Positions 17,982-24,498 of a DNA stretch of 24,554 nt are shown here, in pieces. A program made the translations under genes and the position numbers. Every line of letters begins with the position of its first letter. The stretch's first letter is position 1. Under the pieces are notes generated by a model. It was not told the origin of the DNA. It made no database searches and worked only from the letters and a program-made list of their open reading frames with translations. Source of the stretch: Caldisericaceae bacterium (GTDB lineage: Bacteria > Caldisericota > Caldisericia > Caldisericales > Caldisericaceae). The stretch is from NCBI GenBank assembly GCA_027076005.1, contig JALTHX010000150.1, positions 1 through 24,554 of the forward strand, in the 5' to 3' direction.

Positions 17982-19683
17982 CTAAATCATCCTGTGGAAT
18001 CCTTAAATATTTTACTACATAGCTTGCAATTTTTTGAAAGAGTGGCGCAGCAACATATAATGAATAAGTAGGCTTTTCAGTTTCATTTATTACCGTAAGG
18101 ATAACAACTCGGGGATCACTTGCAGGGACCATACCACAAAAACTATAAATGAGCTTTGTATTGGAATATCCGCCGTTTGCATCAGGTTTCTGTGCGGTAC
18201 CGGTCTTCCCTGCAACAGTATAACCCTTAAGCTCAGCCTGCGGAACACCCTTTTCGGTAACAACTGCTTTTAAAGCATCCATTACTTCAGAAGCAACTTT
18301 AGGAGAAACAACGCTCTTCCGAATTGTAGGCGCATTATAGTATTTAACATTGCCGTTCATATCTTTTATTTCCTTTACTATAATCGGTTTCATCTCTATT
18401 CCCCTGTTTGCTATTGCACAGAAAGCATCGGCAAGTTGAAGTGGGGTAACTGCTACTCCTTGGCCATAGGACATCGTAGCTAATTCTACATCCCCGACAT
18501 CTTTTGCTTCAGGAACAATGCCCTTTTCTTCACCGGGTAAATTAATACCCGTATATTCACCCAATCCAAACCGACCAAAGTACCTTAAGAGCTGAGTCTT
18601 ACCTAACTTCAATCCAATTTTCATAAAAGCAACATCACAAGAATTCCTCATTATTACATTTAAGCCTTTTTCCTCCCCATGTTTTCTCCAGCAGTGCAAT
18701 ACTCTATCTTTTACTTTGAGCGAACCAGTGCAATAAAATGAATCATCCGTGTGTAATGTTCCCTCCTGTAATGCCGCAGCAGCAATTATTGGCTTTAACA
18801 CGGAGCCTGGTTCATAATTTAATTGTATCGCAAGATTTTTCACGTTATTTGGTGTTATAGAAGAAAGATTATTCGGGTCAAAATCAGGATATGAAGCCAT
18901 CGCAAGCACTTCACCGCTATGAGGATTCATTATAATTACTGTTCCGGATTTTGCTTTGTCTTTAATTACAGCTTCTTTCAGATATTTTTCTGCCATATAC
19001 TGAATATTTTTATCTATTGTAAGTTGCACAGTATCGCCTTTGCGGGGCTTTATTTCAAACATAGAAATGTTTGGGACTATAGGCCTAGGGGATGTTTTTG
19101 GCCAATAGATTTTACCATTCACGCCCTCAAGAAAACCGTTAAACTTGAATTCTATTCCCGATAATCCATTATCATCGTTGCCCACAAATCCAAGCACATT
19201 AGATAAAAGGTTATGAAAGGGATAAATACGTTCTTCCGTTGGGGTAATTGCTATCCCGTTTTTTAAGCCAATGCTTAAAATTTTGTCTTTCTGCTCTGCT
19301 GTAAGTCGTGTAGTTACTCTTACAAAAACATTATGTTTGCCAAGAATTTTCGTCAAAGAATCTTTACTTATATTTATAATTAAAGGAAGTTTGGAAAGCA
19401 AAATTTTCTTATCCGTACTATCCAAATAGGAAGGATTAATATCTAATTCGTAAGAAGGTTTATTTACAGCAATTGCAACACCGTTTCTATCAAGTATGTC
19501 ACCTCTTTCCCCTTTTATTTCAACGACTTCCGGAGAAATCAGGCCCTGAAGTTGTGCCATATAATAGCTTCTATGAAAAACTTGCAAATATAAAAGCCTG
19601 CCAAAAATAATGAGAAAAATAATCAAAAAAATTGTAAATAAAGACAGCAACCTTATTACAAAAGTATCAAGTTTATTTTGCAT
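17968..19683 (-). CDS. ftsI: Class B penicillin-binding protein (FtsI/SpoVD-like), no PASTA domain
   Basis: N-terminal TM, ERGDILDRNG, R.YP, GLSGIE, EPGSVLK (SxxK), NSCD, GKTGTAQK. ATG 19683 preferred over TTG 19689. Confidence 0.93.
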   Translation of the reverse strand: MQNKLDTFVIRLLSLFTIFLIIFLIIFGRLLYLQVFHRSYYMAQLQGLISPEVVEIKGERGDILDRNGVAIAVNKPSYELDINPSYLDSTDKKILLSKLPLIINISKDSLTKILGKHNVFVRVTTRLTAEQKDKILSIGLKNGIAITPTEERIYPFHNLLSNVLGFVGNDDNGLSGIEFKFNGFLEGVNGKIYWPKTSPRPIVPNISMFEIKPRKGDTVQLTIDKNIQYMAEKYLKEAVIKDKAKSGTVIIMNPHSGEVLAMASYPDFDPNNLSSITPNNVKNLAIQLNYEPGSVLKPIIAAAALQEGTLHTDDSFYCTGSLKVKDRVLHCWRKHGEEKGLNVIMRNSCDVAFMKIGLKLGKTQLLRYFGRFGLGEYTGINLPGEEKGIVPEAKDVGDVELATMSYGQGVAVTPLQLADAFCAIANRGIEMKPIIVKEIKDMNGNVKYYNAPTIRKSVVSPKVASEVMDALKAVVTEKGVPQAELKGYTVAGKTGTAQKPDANGGYSNTKLIYSFCGMVPASDPRVVILTVINETEKPTYSLYVAAPLFQKIASYVVKYLRIPQDDLDESH

Positions 19684-19939
19684 TATCAATCTCTACTATA
19701 ATATAAGAATTAGGGGTCAGCATTTTTAATTTGGTATGAGCAATTTCATCAATTTTTGATAAATCTAAAGCATTATAGTACTGAATACTGAGGTTTCTGT
19801 TTTCTGTTCTAACTGCAGTATAATTATTCGTATATAAATCAATTCTTTTTTCAAGAAGCCGCGTTTTAAATCCAAAGATTTCTCCCATAACGAATAGTAA
19901 GAGTAAAAACGAAGCGAGCAAGTACATCCTTTTTTTCAT
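19673..19939 (-). CDS. ftsL: Cell division protein FtsL-like, 88 aa
   Basis: rsmH-[ftsL]-ftsI slot; basic N-terminus, one TM, coiled-coil, LSKIDEIAHTKLKMLTP tail. Confidence 0.8.
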   Translation of the reverse strand: MKKRMYLLASFLLLLFVMGEIFGFKTRLLEKRIDLYTNNYTAVRTENRNLSIQYYNALDLSKIDEIAHTKLKMLTPNSYIIVEIDNAK

Positions 19940-20814
19940 ATTCTCTCGGCCACCCTTAATTTAGCACTTCTTGAGCGCCTATTAGAAAGAAGTTCTCCTT
20001 CCAACGGCCTTATCACTTTTTTGTTTATTCGGTTTACCCTTTTGTCCTCTCTAAATGCTTTTTTTACAACTCTATCTTCAAGAGAGTGGTAAGAAATTAC
20101 TGCAATCCGAGCATCTTGAGCAAGTATGTCGGGAGCATCCTTCAAAAACATCTCTAAGCTTCCTATTTCATTATTCACAAAGATTCGTAATGCCTGAAAA
20201 GTACGTGTAGCAGGATGAATTTTTCCTCTTTTATGATGATATACGTTAGCTACAATATCTGCAAGTTCCTCTGTAGTTTCTATCTTTTTCTTTCTCCTTC
20301 TATAATCTACTATTGCTTTTGCAATATGCCGGGAGAGTTTTTCCTCGCCAAATTTGAATATAATATCCGCAAGTTCATTTTCAGGAAAACTGTTTACAAC
20401 ATCTGCTGCCGTAAGTTCAGTATGAAAACTCATTCGCATATCAAGGGGCCCATTCTTAATAAAACTGAATCCTCTTCTGTTATAATAGAGCTGCAAAGAT
20501 GAAATCCCTAAGTCGGCAAGTATCCCATTTACCGCGGGTATGTTATATTTTTTTTGTATTGCCTTTATATTTAAAAAATTATCATTTACAAGAAAAAAAT
20601 TATCTCCTGCATTCTTTAACCGTTTATGCGCTATTTTTAAAGCTTCTGAGTCTTGATCTATTCCATACAAAAAACCCGAAGGACCTATAGCCTTAAGTAT
20701 TTCAACGCTATGCCCCCCTTCTCCTACGGTGCAATCAACTACAGTATCTCCTTTTTTGAGATTTAAATTTTCTAATACTTCATTTACTAAAACCGGTGTA
20801 TGTAATATTTCCAT
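19936..20814 (-). CDS. rsmH: 16S rRNA m4C1402 methyltransferase RsmH (MraW)
   Basis: HTPVLVNEV, VDCTVGEGGHS, DLGISSLQL..RGFSF..GPLDMRM, HPATRTFQALRI.VN.E, ISYHSLEDR, NRRSRSAKLR. Start ATG 20814 (probable leaderless) or 20823. Confidence 0.97.
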   Translation of the reverse strand: MEILHTPVLVNEVLENLNLKKGDTVVDCTVGEGGHSVEILKAIGPSGFLYGIDQDSEALKIAHKRLKNAGDNFFLVNDNFLNIKAIQKKYNIPAVNGILADLGISSLQLYYNRRGFSFIKNGPLDMRMSFHTELTAADVVNSFPENELADIIFKFGEEKLSRHIAKAIVDYRRRKKKIETTEELADIVANVYHHKRGKIHPATRTFQALRIFVNNEIGSLEMFLKDAPDILAQDARIAVISYHSLEDRVVKKAFREDKRVNRINKKVIRPLEGELLSNRRSRSAKLRVAERI

Positions 20815-20821
20815 TGCTTTC

Positions 20822-20827
20822 ATTATA
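20822..20827 (-). promoter_or_regulatory. -10 box TATAAT 7 nt before rsmH ATG (putative leaderless dcw promoter)
   Basis: Minus strand TATAAT-GAAAGCA-ATG; no SD; -35 only TTTTAT at 17 nt. Confidence 0.5.
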
Positions 20828-20851
20828 ACTTATTAAGTCCTGATATAAAAG

Positions 20852-21179
20852 CCCGAGTAAAGGATAAGCCGGATTCTGTTGTGCGAACGCTGTGGTCATT
20901 TATCTAATGCGACCAACCCGATGGTATGGAGAGAGCATCCTTTGCCATCCTATTTGGTCTTGCTCCGGGTGGGGTTTACCATACAACGCACTGTTACCAG
21001 AGCGTCTGGTAGTCTCTTACACTGCCTTTTCACCCTTACAGAGAATCTCTGCGGTTTATTTTCTGTGGCACTTTCCCTAAGGTCACCCTCGCCTGGATTT
21101 CCCAGGCACCCTGCTCTCCGGAGTCCGGACTTTCCTCAAGGCATAAACAAATGCCTTGCGACCACCTCCGTTACTCGGG
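20852..21179 (-). ncRNA. rnpB: Bacterial RNase P RNA, type A architecture, about 328 nt, apparently lacking P18
   Basis: GAGGAAAGTCCG and ACAGAATCCGGCTTA (P4); P1 CCCGAGTAA/TTACTCGGG; P3 AAGGCAT/ATGCCTT; P8 GCCTGG/CCAGGC; P9 with GTGA loop; AGTGCCACAGAAAA; AAGGGTGAAA; GGTAAACCCCACCCGGAGCAAG; P6 GAGAGC/GCTCTC. Confidence 0.97.
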
Positions 21180-21180
21180 A

Positions 21181-21897
21181 TTATTTAATTTCTTCCGGAA
21201 AGTAAAGAATCTTTCCGCACACCTCACATCTTATTAACTTTTCCCCTTTACTATCTTTAAGCTCCTCTAAGACCTCCAGGGGGAGCATTGCACCACAATT
21301 TAAACAAGCCCCTTTTTCTATAGGAGAAATCGCTCCATAAGGGAAGCTATCTTTAATTTTCTCATAACGAATCATTATATCTTCGGGGATTTCCTTTGCA
21401 ATTTTTCTGAATTCTTTTTTAAGCTTCGCGGTTTCATTCTTTATCTCTTTGCCAAGAAGTTCCCTTTCTTTATGTATACTTTGCAACCTCTCTTCCTGTT
21501 CCGCCGTTTCTTTCTCTAATTCCTTAATCTGTGACTCTTTTTCCTTTATTGCAGTTTCAGTAAATTCAAGGTTCTTCTCTAACTCCTCGGTTTTAGCCTC
21601 AAGGTTTTCTTTCGTTTTTTTAGCCGCTCTAACTTCTTTGCTTGTCTTAAGTTTATTTCCGTTTAAAAGATCCGTAATACCTTTTAGCTGATCCTTACTC
21701 TCGTCAATATCTCTTCCAATTTCCCTTTTCCTGTTGATAAATCCGGATATCGCAGATTTTAACCCCTCTATCTGATTCTGGATATTTTCAATTTCTTCTT
21801 TTATCTGTAGTTCTTGGTCAATTTCTTTCATTCTTGCTTCTTTATCACGCAAACTTTTTTCTTTTTGTTCAAACTTGTAAAGTAACTTTATATACAT
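21181..21897 (-). CDS. Coiled-coil protein with C-terminal C4 zinc ribbon (COG1579 / zf-RING_7-like)
   Basis: Long E/K-rich coiled-coil, then GACLNCGAMLP...LIRCEVCGKILY. Start set to ATG 21897 (GGAGGTG SD). Confidence 0.9.
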   Translation of the reverse strand: MYIKLLYKFEQKEKSLRDKEARMKEIDQELQIKEEIENIQNQIEGLKSAISGFINRKREIGRDIDESKDQLKGITDLLNGNKLKTSKEVRAAKKTKENLEAKTEELEKNLEFTETAIKEKESQIKELEKETAEQEERLQSIHKERELLGKEIKNETAKLKKEFRKIAKEIPEDIMIRYEKIKDSFPYGAISPIEKGACLNCGAMLPLEVLEELKDSKGEKLIRCEVCGKILYFPEEIK

Positions 21898-21916
21898 TGA
21901 CACCTCCGATTAACAG

Positions 21917-21991
21917 TGGTGGGCCCGCCCGGGTTCGAACCAGGAACCAATTGGTTATGAGCCAACTGCTCTACCGTTGAGCTACGGGCCC
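21917..21991 (-). tRNA. tRNA with CAT anticodon, most likely tRNA-Ile2 (lysidine type); elongator Met not excluded
   Basis: GGGCCCG-TA-GCTC-AACGGTA-GAGC-A-GTTGG-CTCATAA-CCAAT-TGGTT-CCTGG-TTCGAAC-CCGGG-CGGGCCC-A-CCA. G1:C72 excludes the initiator; C4:G69, U12:A23 and A73 favour Ile. Gene certain, isotype about 0.65. Confidence 0.95.
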
Positions 21992-22008
21992 TTCTCCTTT
22001 GCAATCAT

Positions 22009-22036
22009 ATTTTATACAAGTTTAAATTAAAGTCAA
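22009..22036 (-). promoter_or_regulatory. Sigma70-type promoter of the tRNA-zinc ribbon-rnpB unit
   Basis: Minus strand TTGACT-N16-TAAAAT ending 17 nt before the tRNA 5' end. Confidence 0.6.
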
Positions 22037-22075
22037 TAACTTTTAAAGTTTGCTTTTCAAATTGTATTTTTAAAC

Positions 22076-22081
22076 TATAAT
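22076..22081 (+). promoter_or_regulatory. -10 box TATAAT 5 nt before the ATG at 22087 (putative leaderless)
   Basis: TATAAT-AAAAT-ATG, no SD upstream. Confidence 0.45.
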
Positions 22082-22086
22082 AAAAT

Positions 22087-22539
22087 ATGAATAAATTAAC
22101 TATTAGGTCAGACGGTAAAAAAATTTCAGTAAGTGTGGACAAAGGCAAGTTATCTATTATTTCAAAAAACGAAACTACTGTAATTCCATTAGACAAAATA
22201 AATAAAGTTTATATTGACAATAGAAAAAACAAATATAAACCGGACCTTTTCTTCATTGTGTATACATTATTCAGCTCTATAATCGGGATAGGTATTTTAT
22301 ACCTGCTTTTTAAAAACGAAAGAAAAATTAATATGTTACAAACAGGAATAGCCTTTATTATTATAGTAGGTTTCGCGACTCTACTAATGATTATCGCAGC
22401 AAACAGAAAATCGTCACTTTTTGTAATATATGAAAATAAGACATTGGAAATTCCATTAGACAACCGTGACAAAATAGACCAGCTAATAAAACTTCTCAAA
22501 AACTTGGGAATTAAAATTTTATACTCAAAACAAGGCTAA
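22087..22539 (+). CDS. Hypothetical membrane protein with two central TM helices, 150 aa
   Basis: Beta-rich N-terminus, TM LFFIVYTLFSSIIGIGILYLLF and TM GIAFIIIVGFATLLMIIAA; its stop overlaps the convergent rseC stop by 4 nt. Confidence 0.65.
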   Translation: MNKLTIRSDGKKISVSVDKGKLSIISKNETTVIPLDKINKVYIDNRKNKYKPDLFFIVYTLFSSIIGIGILYLLFKNERKINMLQTGIAFIIIVGFATLLMIIAANRKSSLFVIYENKTLEIPLDNRDKIDQLIKLLKNLGIKILYSKQG

Positions 22540-22988
22540 TGATTCTGAATATAGAACCTTTTGGCAATCACAGAAACGATTCTTGAAGGAATAAGGAAAT
22601 TTTTATCCTTTTTTCTCACAACAAGCATTCCAACAAACAAAAAACCAATGGCAATTATCACGGAAAGTAGGTTCTCAAGTTTCCCTATATGAATGTTTAA
22701 TCCTTTTTCGAAAACCAATCCTATTATTAATCCTATCACAAGAAAAAATAAAGGGATCATATAAATAGTAAATATGCCATTTATTATATCTCTTTCTTCA
22801 TACTCAAATTCTACCAGGTCACCGGTCTCGGCACCTATACTATTCCGGGCAAGAATCGTGCCATTCTTATTGGGAATACCAGACGGGCAAGTACCTTGTA
22901 ACGGACAATGTGCACATTCATCCTCAGTTGCCGCTCTGACCTCAGCTACATCATTCTTAATACTTTTAACTATTCCTACTTTCTTCAT
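22536..22988 (-). CDS. rseC: RseC/MucC-family (SoxR-reducing-system) membrane protein
   Basis: GIVKSI..AEV..ECAHCP..GTC (CxxC-x5-C), ARNSIGAETGDLVE, YMIPLFFLVIG, two C-terminal TMs; AAGGAG SD. Confidence 0.85.
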   Translation of the reverse strand: MKKVGIVKSIKNDVAEVRAATEDECAHCPLQGTCPSGIPNKNGTILARNSIGAETGDLVEFEYEERDIINGIFTIYMIPLFFLVIGLIIGLVFEKGLNIHIGKLENLLSVIIAIGFLFVGMLVVRKKDKNFLIPSRIVSVIAKRFYIQNH

Positions 22989-23361
22989 ACATTATCTCCT
23001 TCCATATTGGTACTTTTGCTTTCACTTCATCTACAATCCACCTGCAAGCACCAAATCCCTCGTCTCTATGGGCGGAAGAAACAGCAACAAGGAAAGAAAT
23101 CTCTTTAAGGGGAATTTCTCCAACTCTGTGAATAATTACTACATCTTTTACCTTAAAAATCTTTTGTGCATCATTTTCTATTTTTTGCATTTCCTTAAGT
23201 GCCATATCAATATAAGCAGTATAATTAATGGAAACTACTTTTCCATCTTCTGCACTCCTCCTTGGCTCACCTAAGAAAAATACTATTGCACCAGCATCAT
23301 CTCTTTTTAGGGATTCCTCCACATTCTGAATATCGATTTTGTCTTTTTGAATTTTAACCAT
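22966..23361 (-). CDS. moaE: Molybdopterin synthase catalytic subunit MoaE
   Basis: AGAIVFF.G..R, Y.AY..MA, IIHRVG, VAVSSAHR..GF.ACRWIVDEVK.KVPIWK. Confidence 0.93.
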   Translation of the reverse strand: MVKIQKDKIDIQNVEESLKRDDAGAIVFFLGEPRRSAEDGKVVSINYTAYIDMALKEMQKIENDAQKIFKVKDVVIIHRVGEIPLKEISFLVAVSSAHRDEGFGACRWIVDEVKAKVPIWKEIMYEESRNS

Positions 23362-23604
23362 TTACCCTCCCTCGACCGGCGGAATAACCGCAACGGTGTC
23401 ACCGTCTTTCAATGCACTGCCTAACTGCGCATACTGCAAATTTACTGCAAATATAGAAGAATTAACAACCTCTGCAACTTTAGGGTATTTATCAATAATG
23501 GTTGATTTCAGCTCAGAAAGAGTGTTTCCATTAAAATCAACATATTCCTCATTTTTTTTAACAATTCGTCTGGCTTCTGCGAAATAAAGTATTTTAAGTT
23601 TCAT
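23362..23604 (-). CDS. moaD: Molybdopterin synthase sulfur carrier MoaD, 80 aa
   Basis: MKLKILYFA, FAVN..YA, L.DGDTVAVIPPVEGG C-terminal diglycine; adjacent to moaE. Start set to ATG 23604. Confidence 0.93.
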   Translation of the reverse strand: MKLKILYFAEARRIVKKNEEYVDFNGNTLSELKSTIIDKYPKVAEVVNSSIFAVNLQYAQLGSALKDGDTVAVIPPVEGG

Positions 23605-23610
23605 AGAAAT

Positions 23611-23665
23611 ATTATAACACAAAAATAAATTTGAGCATTGACTAAAGAAAGGATTTTGTTAGAAT
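23611..23665. promoter_or_regulatory. Back-to-back divergent extended -10 promoters for moaD (minus) and the molybdoenzyme (plus)
   Basis: Minus: TGTTATAAT (23619-23611) + 6 nt + ATG. Plus: TTGACT (23638-23643)-N16-TAGAAT with TG extension + 6 nt + ATG 23672. Confidence 0.7.
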
Positions 23666-23671
23666 AAAAAT

Positions 23672-24241
23672 ATGAAAAATAGTGATTTTAAAATGCCTCC
23701 GGGGCAAAAAGTAACTTCAAGATGGTATGCAATAGCAAGCTTAGGAAAGCCGGAAATAAAAATCTCGTCATACAAACTAAAAATTACCGGACTTGTGGAA
23801 GAAGAGAAATATTTTACATACCAAGATATTATGTCGCTTACGCTTATAGAAAAACAATTTGACATTCATTGTGTTGATGGTTGGAGCTATCTTGGGCCTG
23901 TTTTTAAAGGAATTTATCCCAAAACACTATTTAAACAGGTAAAAATAAAAGAAAACGGGAAATTTGTAATTATCCGCACAATTGATGGCTATACAACTGA
24001 CCTGCCAATAGATTTTTTACTCAGCGAAAATACCTTACTCGCATATGGAGTAAATGGAAAAATTTTAGACTTAGAGCACGGATTTCCCTTAAGGCTTGTC
24101 GTGAATGGAAAATATGCATATAAAGATGCTAAATGGGTTTCAGAGTTTAAAATTGTAGATAAAGACATCCCAGGATACTGGGAAGAAAGAGGATACAGCA
24201 AATCAGCAGATATTTATAAAGAAGAACGGTTCGAAAAATAA
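23672..24241 (+). CDS. Cytoplasmic sulfite-oxidase-family molybdopterin oxidoreductase (YuiH-like, Oxidored_molyb domain), 189 aa
   Basis: PPGQ, DIHCVDGWS (Mo-ligand Cys), HGFPLRLVV.GKYAYKDAKWV, GYWEERGY; no signal peptide. Confidence 0.9.
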   Translation: MKNSDFKMPPGQKVTSRWYAIASLGKPEIKISSYKLKITGLVEEEKYFTYQDIMSLTLIEKQFDIHCVDGWSYLGPVFKGIYPKTLFKQVKIKENGKFVIIRTIDGYTTDLPIDFLLSENTLLAYGVNGKILDLEHGFPLRLVVNGKYAYKDAKWVSEFKIVDKDIPGYWEERGYSKSADIYKEERFEK

Positions 24242-24467
24242 TAGGGCAGCTCTACTCATTATTGCGTTAGCTAAGTGATTTGAATTTTCAAAAATATCCT
24301 TATTATATTTATCTTCAGCTGTTAAAAATAATTCCACTTCTACTTAATATAGTTAATTAAAAAATAACTATTCTATGTTACTATAAAACTTACCCTCGCT
24401 TAACATCTATCTTAGTTTTAACCAACATTCTAACGGATCTTCCACCAAAAAATGGGACTATTTTATG

Positions 24468-24498
24468 CTCTAATCCCTCTTTGCAAAAGCGATTAGAG
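24468..24498. other. Imperfect inverted repeat/hairpin in the AT-rich terminal intergenic region
   Basis: CTCTAATC (24468-24475) / GATTAGAG (24491-24498) with partial inner pairing; no U-tract on either side. Confidence 0.5.

Noticed and set aside
20824-20851. Search for MraZ boxes (TGGGN direct repeats) upstream of rsmH
   Set aside because: None present, consistent with the absence of mraZ here.
20879-21205. 108-aa and 62-aa plus-strand ORFs
   Set aside because: They are the reverse complement of rnpB.
21900-22100. tRNA as an integration site or genomic island boundary
   Set aside because: No integrase, no duplicated tRNA 3' end, and the 3' flank runs straight into a housekeeping gene.
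22209-23274. ORFs 22209-22499 (-) and 22774-23274 (+)
   Set aside because: Antisense to better-supported genes (hypothetical, rseC, moaE).
23605-23671. Moco/Wco riboswitch or ModE box upstream of moaD
   Set aside because: Only 67 AT-rich nt between start codons; no matching structure or motif.
24203-24337. 44-codon minus-strand GTG ORF (ELFLTAEDKYNKDIFENSNHLANAIMSR...)
   Set aside because: Short, no SD, overlaps the molybdoenzyme antisense, no recognisable family; a gene remnant cannot be supported.
24349-24371. ATAGTTA-N9-TAACTAT inverted repeat as an operator
   Set aside because: A 7-bp all-but-AT repeat is expected by chance in this very AT-rich stretch; no second copy seen.
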